A model generated the notes under the pieces. The model made no database searches, was not told the DNA's origin, and saw only the letters and a program-made list of their open reading frames with translations. The translations under genes and the position numbers were made by a program. A DNA stretch of 64,000 nt from Ptychomitrium polyphyllum (lineage: Eukaryota): the NCBI GenBank assembly GCA_973851085.1, contig OZ316776.1, positions 15,500,001 through 15,564,000 on the forward strand, written 5' to 3'. Positions 26,411 to 37,620 of this stretch are shown piece by piece (the stretch's first letter is position 1; each line of letters opens with the position of its first letter).

Positions 26411-28479
26411 TTTTTTTTATAAACGAATAAAACGTACTTGATTAGATCTCACCTAACTTCTTGTTTATTGGTGGTATTTTCTTGTGATTTTCTGTCATTT
26501 ATTTCATTCTAACATACAAAATATAAAAGCAAGGATTCATATGCAAAATTTGATGGAAATATTGAAGATACCATCAAGAAAACTCTCTCTCTTGTATTTA
26601 CGTTGATTTCAATACTTTAATAATATAAAGTAATAATTTGTATTTCTTAAAAAAACCTAAGTCAATTTTCATTAAATTTTTAAATTTTTGTCAGGTTGAC
26701 AAGTGTAGTTTTTGTATTGTTGGAAATTTTCAACAAAATAAGGTGCAATTTGGTGTTACTATAAATTTGAAATTATGATGTGGCTAATGTTGAGGTTCAA
26801 ATTATTTTTATGTTCAAAAAATGAAAATTCTGGAAAAAGTATCAAATTTTAAAAATCTCCATGTTTGTTACTTTTGACCTATATATGATACCTACTTAGA
26901 TATACAATGTAGATAATGAAAATTTTCAAAAAATGAATCAATACATTAAAAAGGAGTATTTCTAAACGGATCCTTTATCTAATTGATATCCACATAAGAC
27001 AAAGATTTTCTCAATAAATGTATTTCTATTTATTGATTATTAATTTTGTCTATTTTGTTTAGTTTTGTTAAAAAGAAAGTATATTTCATCACAAAGAAAC
27101 AGTTTGTTTCCATATATAAAAAATTGAGTTCCAAAGACCACTGTTATAACATTTTTATTAGATGAAATACTCATTTTTTAAAGAATTGATAAAAGATATT
27201 GTTGCACAAACAAATAAGCACGTTCATTGAATTAGAAAAACACTTGGCACTATGACAAATTTTCATTTGAACATTAACGTTGAGTTTACTTGCCATATTT
27301 CCACAGCTACAAAAAACATTTTTGCTAGAAAAAGCAATATACTTAACATGAGATTAGTTGAAATTCTACAATCCTTGGTGGAAATTGAACCTATGTTAAG
27401 TAAAAGGACAAATCTACCTTGCAACTACAATGTATTGCCTATTCTCATCGTCATGGATGATCTGCTAAACCAATATAATAAAATTTTGTTAAGTTTTTTA
27501 AAGATGATGTCTAAGGTTACTAAGGAATAATGTAAAAAAATTAGATTCATTTATCAAGTGTGTTCTTTTTATAAGAGGCTTTCCAATTCAAAAAAGATAT
27601 GAGGAATTGTGCACCTCTTTGGTCAAAGGATTGGTATTCCTAAAAGAATTTTATTCATCCATGTACAAAATTACTGGATTTTATTCATCCATGGACAAGA
27701 TTATGACTTCATGGAATACATGATAGTATGCTTTCTCCTCCAACTTCAATGCATTCTTCAAATACTAACATTTCAAAAGCCAAAAATGCCAATCTCTTAA
27801 AAGAAACTGCATTAAGATTACAGGAATGTGACACATTGTCATGCATTTCACAAAGTTATAGAACTTAACTGTTAATAAGATTTTAAAATATAGTCATCAA
27901 GTGTGAAATCACATGTGTTCCATGAAGTATTAGGAAGAAATCATAAGGGTTTCCAAATCCAAAATTGGAGTCACTCGACAATCCACTCAATATGCTCAAA
28001 CGTGGAATGGGTCCCTCTGTGAGTCTCCATCACCACTTGACTTTCAATTAAGTGGAACAAATCCACTGGAAGAAAATTTTAATTAATAAAAATTATCTTA
28101 AAAGGTGCAAATCAATACTTTCCTATTGATTTTGAGTAAATTTCTGTATGTCAAAGATCTTGTTCTAAGAATCACTGCCATGAGAGATGTTCCCATATAT
28201 AAGTATCTAGCTCCTTTGCAATAAATTCATGTACTTGACTTGGCCCAACTTAGCACAAACGAACTTTGTTTTAAAATTTGAATTCCAAACAGGTAGTGTA
28301 AAATTAAGGCATTTTCCTCCTTAATTTTGAAAAATTCAGCCAACTCTTTTTTATTAGTGATATTTAAATCTTTGTAAATCTCTTTGTGAATATCTTTTTC
28401 TGCAAAAAAATATTTGAAAATAATTCATAAGGTTATCGTCCTATGTAATACTTGGTTTTGAAATTAATAAAAAGATATG

Positions 28480-29270
28480 CTTAAATAAACACAAGAACTA
28501 AGGAACCCACAAATCATAGTTTTAAATACTAGCTTCCTAAAGGCGACTAGATTATATAAATTGGTGCAAGAATTCAAAACAAGGCAAGAAAATGGATGTG
28601 CTTTGCAACTTGTGTTGGCAAAAGTGAGGTATATTCCACCTTGCTTCTAATTTATATCAACTTACTTCTAATTTGTATCATAAAGCTTACATTTCTTAAA
28701 ATACTTCTAATAAGTTTCCTATTATGGAGAGAGTATTGATAAGGCAAAATTTCAAGACTTCAGGATCTGGAATAAAATATTTTTAAGGTATATTTGAAGC
28801 AAAAAGCTATAATAAGGTACAAAGATAGGACTAGGAGGTTTGAGCTATACCACAAGAGATGCGCTGTTAAGACTAAAAATTTATTAGCCTCGACTCTTAT
28901 ATATACTAGGACTATAAGCCTTAGAAACTTCTTAGAAAGCTTCTAATACAATGTTTTGTGCTCAAGTAACCTCGGGTTGTTCCATTGGAAGCTTCCTTAA
29001 CCAAGGTAACTTCCTTAGAAGCTTCCTTAGTTAAAGTAACTTCTTTGGAAGCTTCTTTAACCTTCTTAAATCTTGTAGGAACTTTTTTAGAAGCTTCTAA
29101 TATGTATGTTTGTAATACTTCCATCAAATCTTTAGAATATTTTGAAATTTTATGGAGCTTTTTTAAAAAAAACACTCAAAGAGGCGGAAGCTACTAGAAG
29201 CTTGTAAAAAGCTATTGGAAGATTCTAAAAGGTTCTTTAAAACTATATTGCATGATGTATGTCTGTAAAA
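28480..29270 (-). mobile_element. Degraded LTR cluster, probably one LTR nested inside an older one
   Basis: There is an LTR-like start near 29270 (..TTACAGACATACATCATGCAATATAGT), an R/U5-like TTTTGCCAACACAAGTTG near 28605-28625, and 30-bp GGAAGCTTCCTTA repeats at 28985-29060. The 28760-29150 part is homologous in the opposite orientation to 37270-37620. Boundaries are approximate. Confidence 0.55.
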
Positions 29271-29436
29271 TCACCTCTTCTTTTAATAACAAGTTCATTA
29301 CAAAGTGCTTGTTAGAACTTATCATTGACATCTTTTACAATTTCAAAAATCAAGAATTTATTTGAAATAATAAGCAGTGCATTAGGTTCATTTTTTTGGT
29401 CTACAAGTTTTAATGATCATTTTACATACTAACAAT

Positions 29437-29946
29437 TGTTATGGACATAGATTATACAACATAGTCCTTAGAACATTCTAGAATCTTCTGGTATATTATA
29501 GTAGCTTCTTAGAATACTTTTAAATGTCTCCATAGCCTTTCCATATTTCTAAGAAGCTTCCTAGGAAAGTTCTTCCACCTTATGAAACTTCCTAGGAAGA
29601 TTCCGCTATTTTAGGAAACTTCCATAGAAGGTTCCAACTCCCTGGAAGCTTCTTAGGAAGGTTCCAACCTCTTAGAAAAATTCTTGAGAAGGTTTTTTAG
29701 ACTTTCAGAACATTCTTAAGTCTTATAGGAAGCTTCTTTAGAAGTATCCTAGGAAATACAAACGTCATAGTATAAATAGGAGGTAAAACAAGGTATTCTT
29801 TAGTTTTGCCAACACAAGTTGTGAATCATCTTGAATCTTGCCTTTGTTCTAGTCTTTGTATCAAATTCTTATTAATCATTAGCTCTTTGGAAGCTAATTC
29901 TTAGAAAATACTTTGTTTCTGCTTCTTGTTTTTTGTGTCCCTAATA
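29437..29946 (+). repeat. 5' LTR (510 bp)
   Basis: TGTTATGGACATAG...GTGTCCCTAATA (terminal CA mutated to TA); TATAAATA at 29771-29778. Confidence 0.93.
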
Positions 29947-29948
29947 GT

Positions 29949-29960
29949 TTGGTAAGACTA
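29949..29960 (+). promoter_or_regulatory. Primer-binding site, putative self-priming type
   Basis: TTGGTAAGACTA lies 2 nt after the 5' LTR. It is complementary to LTR sequence TAGT(C/T)TTGCCAA at 29801-29812, 30 nt downstream of the TATA box start. Confidence 0.75.
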
Positions 29961-30182
29961 CTCTTCATCTTTGTCAGAGCTAAGGTTCTTTGAAGAAGAT
30001 TGTGGATTATCCATCTTCTTTAGGATTCCATAGCGTCTTAAAAGTTGCAAATTATCCTCCTCTAAGCTGGCACCATAGAGATGGTTTCTCTTTTGAATAC
30101 CAAGTACTACTTCTTTTAAAGCACGTGGATTACCCTCTTTTGAAGGTATTCATAGTCTTCTTGTCTTTAACAGTCTTAAGAA

Positions 30183-31206
30183 ATGAATAACGTGCCTGAA
30201 AAAACATCAAAGAATAAGTTTGCAACTATTGCAGACCTTCAAGAGTTATTAAACACAATTCAAACGGAACTTATTCGCTTCAATACCAATAACAATTTGG
30301 AGTAACACACTCGACAAGCTAAAGAATTCCATGGTGATATTCAAAGCTTATATCAAGAAATTGTTCGATTGCAAGAAGCCAATATTGGAAGAGAAAGCTT
30401 ATGTCAAACCCATGCAGAGCCAAAGATTAGCATGCCAGACAAGTTCGATGGATTAAGATAAAATTTTAAGAAGCTTTATTCAACAAATAAAGCTCTTTCT
30501 TGGTTTGCATCAATCTTGCTATCATGATGGCACAACTCAAGTGAGATTTGTGGCCATCCTTTTATCAAACAATACATTATTGTGGTTTGCACCATTAATG
30601 AAGAAGCAGTCACCATTATTGAACAACTTAGATGCTTTTATAGAAGCATTGACATCTACTTTTGGAGACACCGACCGAGAGAGGGTGGCTGAGACAAGGA
30701 TCCAAAGTCTACAACAAGGACAACGCTCAACTGCTACATATGCTACAGAGTTCCGACAACTAGCTTGCAACCTTGATTGGAATGATAAGGCCTTGGTTTT
30801 ACAATTCCGATGGGACTTAAGAGAGAATGTGAAAGACTTACTACTCACAATGCTAAGAATTGAAATATTGGACAAATTCATCATTCAAGCAATAGCATGT
30901 GACAATAGACTATTTGAGAGGTGCCAAGAACAACGCTTGGGATGGCAACCAGTACATCAAAGCATGGCTACCACTTCTTCAAGAGTATCAGAAAGTCAAC
31001 CACAAGGACCAAAACCTATGCAAATTGATATTGCCCAGTTTAGACGTTTAACTCCAAAAGAAAAAGAAAAAAATCGAAGAAAAAACCTATGTTTGTATTG
31101 TGGCAAGTCTGGATATAAAGTGCACGAGTGCTAAATCAAAGAATTTGCCTTTAAGGCTCAAAACACAATGGTGGAGTTGGAAAAAAAAGCTCTCTAGTCA
31201 CAATAG
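30183..31206 (+). pseudogene. gag: Retrotransposon gag, disrupted
   Basis: EPKISMPDKFDG, LQQGQRSTATYATEFRQLA, PKPMQID and a degenerate zinc knuckle CLYCGKSGYKVHEC; internal stops and a frameshift. The 3' end is approximate. Confidence 0.88.
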
Positions 31207-31289
31207 GAACCATACGACTAGATACCACAAGGAAACGACCATCAAATCAAGGTCTCTTACTACCTTCAAGCTCTACCTCTTGTTTTATA

Positions 31290-34200
31290 TTTCCTATCAA
31301 AATTAAATTGTTAGATGATGAAATAATTAGTGAGGCTCTATTAGACACTGGTGCAACGGCATATTTCATAGACAAGGATTTTGCAACCAAACATCACATG
31401 GTGCTTGTGAACAAAAAATATCCCGCATTTGTTGAAGTTATTGATGGACGATTTCTTGCATCTTGCAACGTTATTGAAGAAACTCAACCTTTGGAGGTTG
31501 TTTTACGAACCAAACATTTAAGATTGTATTCAACATCATTCAATGCCGAACAAATCTTATTATTTTGAATCATTCTTGGTTTGAATTACATAATCTAGAC
31601 ATTGATTGGCACTTACGGAGTGTGATTTCAAGGGAAAGACGTCAAGGTACGAGAAATCTTGGACCATCATTTATTGGAGCTAAAGCATTTATGAGAGCGG
31701 CAAAGGATGAATCAATCTATGCCATTTATGTCACATCAATGTCCAGCTCTATAATAGAGACTAATCAAAACATACCTCATCAATATTAAGATTATAAAGA
31801 CATTTTTGAAAAGAAGAATGCGGACATGTTACCAAAGCACCGGCCTTACGATTGTACCATTGAGTCGCAAGAAGGAGCCCAACCACCTTTTGGGCCTATT
31901 TATAACTTATCACAAACCAAGTCAACTGCCTTGAAAGAATATATTGATGAAAACCTCGAAAAGGGTTTTATTCAATACTCTAAATCACCTGCTGAGCACC
32001 CATTCTATTTGTAAAAAAGAAAGATGGATCATTACATTTGTGCGTGGAAAATTGAGGCCTCAATAAAGTTACAAAAATAAATTGCTATCTATTCCTATTA
32101 ATTTCAAGATTCCTACAATAACTTGGCCAAGCAAAGATACTCATCAAAATTGATCTTAGAGGAGCCTACAATCTTGTACACATAAAAGAAAGAGACGAAT
32201 GGAAGACAACTTTTTGATCTAAATATGGTCATTTTGAATACAATGCCATGTCTTTTGGCCTTACTGATGCCCATGTAGTCTTCCAACACAGCATGAATGA
32301 TATCTTCCATGAACACTTGGACGATTTTATAGTCATCTATTTGGATGACATTTTGATATAATCAAAGGATGAACAAGACCACAAATGTCATGTACGATTG
32401 GTCTTAGAATAATTACGCTAGCGAGGATTATATGCCAAATTGGAAAAGTGCCTTTTCCATGAATCCTCGATTGAATTTTTAGGCTACATCATTTCCAAAG
32501 GAAGAATCTATATGGATAAAAAAAAGTAAGCACTGTCATGGAGTGGAGTTCACCAAGATCAATTCGAGATGTTTAATGCTTCTTAAAATTTGCAAACTTT
32601 TATAAGATATTCATCAAGGATCCAAGATTGCGGCACCATTAAGAAGTCTTATAGGGAAGGAAAAATTCATTTAAAATGAAGAGGCGGAAAAAACATTTCA
32701 AAGCCTTAAGATCTCATTCACGTCTGCTCCAATCCTTATTCATCCAAATCCATCAAAGCCTTTCTATTTGGAAGAGGATGCTTCAAATTTTGCGCTTGGC
32801 TTAGTACTCTCACAATATGATGAAGATAAGAGACTTCACCCTCTTGCTTTTTGTTCAAGAAAATTCTCAGCGGCAGAGATCAACTATAATATACATGATA
32901 AAGAACTACTTGCAATTGTGGATGCGTTTGAAGAATAGCAATACTTCTTGGAATGAGCTCAACATACCATCACGATATATACAAACCACAAGAATTTGGA
33001 GTATTTCATGAATGCGCACGTTTTGAATCACCATCAAGCAAGGTGGAGTATGTTGCTTTCCAAATTTGACTTTGTCATTACCTATTGACCTGGTAGTCTA
33101 CAAAGTAAGCTAGATGCCTTGTCTTGAAGATCTTAATTAGTTCTTCAACCTGAAGATGATGTTTTTGATCAACAAAGGACTATTTTATTGAAGCCAAAGA
33201 ATCTTCAATTGAAAGCAGCGATTATTACTACAACGTCCCATCTTGACAAAATTCAGAAGGCTTTGAAGAATGATGTCTTTGTTTCAAATATAAAGAAGCA
33301 CCTCAAAGTCAATGAAGATCCTCCAAATAGCAATGAGGACTTTGAATTCCATGAGGGCCTACTTTATTATAAAGGAATTTTGTACCTACCTCTAAGCCCT
33401 TTGCGGTTGAAGATCCTTCAAGCACATCATGATTTTCTAGCAGCAGGGCATTTTGAATTCAATAAAACAATGGAGTTGATTGCTAGAAAGTGTTGGTGGC
33501 CACAAATATAAAAGTATGTGAAGGACTTAATTTGATCATGCGACACTTGCGAAAGAACCAAGGTACCAAGATACCAACCTCATAATTTTCTCCATCCGCT
33601 TCCAATGCCAAAGGGCCCATGATTGTTTTTGTCAATGGATTTTATCAAGGACCTTCCAAACTCCAATTCTAAGGATTCTATTTTGGTAGTGGTAGATCAA
33701 TTTACCAAAATGGCACATTTCATTCCATGCAACAAGATGGTAACAAGAGAAGAAACTGCCAAGTTGTTTCTAAATCACGTCTACTGCATACATGGACTAC
33801 CAAATGATATTGTATTCGATCGGAGGTCGCAGTTCAGTTCCAACTTTTGGAGGGCTCTATTCCAGCTATTGCACGTAAAGATCAACCTTTCTTCAACACA
33901 CCATCCACAGACTGATGATCAAACTGAACATATGAATTAAATTTTGGAGCTGTAACTTTGTTGTAGCATAAACTACCAGCAAGACAACCGGATGGACTTC
34001 TTGCCTTTGGCAAAGATTGTTTACAACAGAACGATGCATTCCTCAATAATTCAAACTCTATTCTTTGCAAAATATGGCCATCATCCTTGAGCAGATCCAT
34101 TTCAAGTGAAGCATGTTGGAAATCCTGCAGCAAAGGATTTTGCAATTCAACTTGCTAAAATCCATCAAGAAATTACCTTCCAATTATAACAAGCTCAAGA

Positions 34201-34684
34201 TCGTTATAAAACTTATGCAGATCGCCATCCAAAGGACCATCCAAAGTTCAAGGTTGGAGATAGTGTATGGCTCCTACGACAAAATATACAAACAAAAAGA
34301 TTGTCAAAGAAGTTGGATTATCAAAGGTTGGGACTGTTTGAAATCGGCAAACAAATAAATCCGGTTAGTTATCGCCTAAAGCTACCACCAAGCATGCAAA
34401 TTCATCCAATATTCCACGTATTGTTGTTGGAAACCTATAACAAATCATGTCTACCAAAAAGAATTGTTCCTCCGCCTCCTCCACTGGAAATCAATAATGA
34501 AGTTGAATATGAAATGGAAGAGATTTTAAATTCACGCATCAAGAATGGACGTGTGGAGCACCTTATACATTGGCAAGGATATGGTATCAATGACCAAACA
34601 TGGAAACCTTCAACGAATGTAACAAATGCATCCGAGAAGGTATGCAAATTTCATCAAAGATATCCTCAGAAACCAGGTCAGTGA
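31290..34684 (+). pseudogene. pol: Retrotransposon pol (aspartic protease, RT, RNase H, integrase, chromodomain), disrupted
   Basis: ALLDTGA (PR); [20 protein letters not shown] and VIYLDDILI (RT); DASNFALGLVLSQ and IHDKELLAIV (RH); HDFLAAGH...CDTC and SMDFIKDLP (IN); EYEMEEILNSRIKNGRVEHLIHWQGYG...TW (chromodomain). The start is approximate. Confidence 0.95.
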
Positions 34685-34824
34685 TGACGTGTCATAAGTA
34701 GTCGTTAGCTTCACAAAGAAGTTTTTCCTTCATAAATAAGTATAAGAAGGGAAGAGAGATATCTAAACCTCTAATTGTATGTAGCATTATTTCCAAGATA
34801 GATCGTTTCTAGATCCTAGCTAGT

Positions 34825-35283
34825 ATGTCAAATCTTTGTGTTATCATGGATATGCGTGGAGAGCAGTCGGTCATGCCCTCATCAACAACACCATTTGTTG
34901 AGCCAATTCAACTTTCTCAGCCTTCAGTAATGGAGGATCTAAGCCAAGATATGAGAAGGACATTCCAATGTTGAGTACAACCTTGTGCAGAAGTATTGGC
35001 TAGTCGCCCTTCACATTCCAGTCTTGATTCAGATGTTCACGCTCTAGTCATCTTGTTAGAAATTGGAAGATTCACTCTTGGAAGATCCAAGATCTTATTT
35101 GGAAGATGTTTTGAAGGACTTAATCAAGATCAGATCTTGGAATGGGACATTTCAACAATAGAAGTCTTGGCTAATGGTCATCAGCGTTTCTTGCAAGGAC
35201 CAGTTGAATCAGTGAACAAAGAATAACAAGCATAATATGTTGCTTCACTCCTTCGACAAATTTTGGAATTTGTAGAAATGTGA
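34825..35283 (+). pseudogene. Decayed extra ORF (152 codons) between pol and the 3' LTR
   Basis: One frame runs from ATG 34825 to TGA 35281-35283 without indels, broken only by TGA 34972, TAA 35224 and TAA 35233, each explicable by a single C-to-T change. Confidence 0.55.
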
Positions 35284-35324
35284 TAAACAAGCCAAGAAAA
35301 GAGCTCCTCATAGGACTTGTCGCT

Positions 35325-35338
35325 AAATGGGGAGGTGA
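35325..35338 (+). promoter_or_regulatory. Polypurine tract
   Basis: AAATGGGGAGGTGA immediately before the TG of the 3' LTR. Confidence 0.75.
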
Positions 35339-35841
35339 TGTCACGGACATAGATTATGCAACATAATTCTTAGAACATTCTAGAACCTTCTAATATATTA
35401 TAGTAGCTTCTTAGAATACTTTTAAATGTCTCAATATCCTTTCCATGTTCTTAGGAAGCTTTCTAGAAAAGTTCTTCCACTTTAGGAAACTTCCAAGGAA
35501 GGTTCCAACATCTTAAGAAACTTTCATGGAAGGTTCCAATTCCTTAGAAGCTTCTTAGGAAGATTCCAACCTCTTAGAAAACTTCTTGAGAAGATTCCCT
35601 AGACTTCCAAAACATTCTTAAGCCTTGTAGGAAGCTTCTTTAGATGTATCCTAGGAGATACAAACGCCATAGTATAAATAAGAAACAAGACAAGGTATTT
35701 CTTAGTCTTGCCAATACAAATTGTGGATCATCTTGAATCCTACCTTGTTCTAGTCTTTGTATCAAGTTTTTGTTAATCATTAGCTCTTTGGAAGCTAATT
35801 CTTGGAAAACACTTCGTTTTTGCTTTCTTGTGTCCCTAACA
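35339..35841 (+). repeat. 3' LTR (503 bp)
   Basis: TGTCACGGACATAG...GTGTCCCTAACA, colinear with the 5' LTR. Confidence 0.93.
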
Positions 35842-36226
35842 CCAATGGCTATTAACCAAGATTTTTGTTATTAGAAGGTTCCATTTTAGAACTTGGTCTT
35901 CATTAAGTCTTTCAAAATATCTTCCAAGTAAAATCTTGAGTTTACTATGAAATCTTCAAACTTTTGATATGATAACTAAAATTTGAGCTTTTAAATCAAA
36001 ACTAGTATGTGAAGGGTAATTTCCAAGTACATCCAAATGCATTCAAATTTAGGATGTTAAAGGTTGTTAAAGTTCAATGCGCTTGTCAAATATTTCTGTC
36101 AAAGAAGGCTTAAACGGTTGTCTTTTATGCAAATTCACAATAATGCAAAGATTTGGTATCTTTGCTAATAATTAACGTCTAGAGATACTTTGTCCTTAAT
36201 ATAAAATTGCATACAAATGAGGGTTG

Positions 36227-36871
36227 TGTCACGGACATAAATCATGCAACATAGTCCTTAGAACATTCTAGAACCTTCTAGTATACTAGAATAGTTTCTT
36301 AGAATACTTTTAGATGTCTCCATAGCCTTTTTTATGTTTTTAGGAAGCTTTCCAAGAAAGTTCCTCCACCTTAGGAAACTTCCTAAGAAGGTTCTATCAT
36401 CTTAGGTTACTTCCTAGGAAACTTCCTAGGAAGCTGCCATCACCTTAGGAAACTTCCTAGGAAGGTTCTACCTCTTCAGGAAACTTCCTAAGAAGGTTCC
36501 GCTATCTTAGGAAACTTCCAAAGAAGGTTTCATTTCCTTGGAAGCTACTTAGGAAGGTTCCATTTCCTTGGAAGCTACTTAGGAAGGTTCCAACATCTTA
36601 GGAAACTTCTTGGGAAGGTTCCTTAGACTTCCAAAACATTCTTAAGCCTTGTAGGAAGCTTCTTTAGAAGTATCATAGGAGATACAAACGTCCTAATATA
36701 AATAGGAGGCAAGACAAGGTATTCCTTAGTCTTGCCAACACAAATTGTGGATCATCTTGAATCCTGCCTTGTTCAGTCTTTGTATCAAAGTTCTTGTTAA
36801 TCATTAACTCTTTGGAAGCTAATTCTTGGGAAACACTTCGTTTCTGCTTCTTGTTTCTTGTGTCCCTAACA
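36227..36871 (+). mobile_element. Solo LTR (645 bp) with a perfect 5-bp TSD
   Basis: GGTTG-[TGTCACGGAC...GTGTCCCTAACA]-GGTTG; expanded ~30-bp U3 repeat array. Confidence 0.95.
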
Positions 36872-37269
36872 GGTTGGAAATAGCAACCTTTTCTTGTTTC
36901 CGCTTAGTTATGATGAGGTTTCTTTTTTGGAATCTAAATAAATGTTTAAATTTATATAAGATGTTATGAATGATTTAATTTTTGCAAACATCTTGATAGA
37001 ATTTCCAAACCTTTTAAGGTCCAATAACAACATAAATAGAATGTTTCTATGTTTATTTACTAACATCTTATATTTGTTAATGAATAAAGTACTCAAAGTG
37101 CTCGTTTTAGATTTATGAATTGAAATTTTTTTCAACATCACTTACCATTACCATTTTGTTGTGAACTTCATCTCATTTATTGCCTCTTTATTTGTATATT
37201 CATCTCAAATTCTACTCTTAAATTTGGAATGGCTTTCTAATGACAATTTGCATGATCCTTATATTGGTT

Positions 37270-37620
37270 TTTATCATGAATATATATATTAGAAGCTTCC
37301 AAAAGGACTAAAAAGTTTCAAGGAGGTTTAAAAATTACTGAAGATGCTACATTGATTTTAGAATATTTCACTTGTTAAGAAAGCTTTCAAAGAAGTAAGT
37401 TAAGGTTGCTTGAATACAAAGCTTTATAAAAATAGCCTTTCAAGAAACTTCCAAAGGATTTTATATCTATAATGTATAAGAGCCAAGACTAATTGGATCT
37501 TAAATCTTGACAACACATTTCTTTTGGTTTAGTTCAAATCTTTTGGCCTTGTATCTTATCATGGTTCTTGATTCTTGATGTAAAGTCTATATATTCCATT
37601 TCCCCATTCTTATATTTCTA
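37270..37620 (+). mobile_element. Degraded LTR-like remnant, second subtype
   Basis: TGTATAAGAGCCAAGACTAATTGGATCTTAAATCTTGACAACAC aligns with the reverse complement of about 28860-28905. Boundaries are approximate. Confidence 0.5.

Larger units (their letters stand above)
29437..35841 (+). mobile_element. Full-length but decayed Ty3/gypsy LTR retrotransposon, chromovirus (Tcn1/Tf1-like)
   Basis: Two ~505-bp LTRs, TSD ACAAT/CCAAT (one mismatch), domain order gag-PR-RT-RH-IN-chromodomain, and a PPT before the 3' LTR. Many stops and frameshifts. Confidence 0.97.

Noticed and set aside
28921..29197. ORFs with KEASKEVTL repeats
   Set aside because: They are translations of the 30-bp LTR repeat array.
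36350..36625. Palindromic ~30-bp repeats resembling a CRISPR array
   Set aside because: The units abut without unique spacers, lie inside LTRs, no cas genes are present, and the DNA is eukaryotic.
35339..36871. Three-LTR tandem element
   Set aside because: The 36227-36871 LTR has its own perfect GGTTG TSD and the intervening 385 bp is not internal element sequence, so it is an independent insertion.
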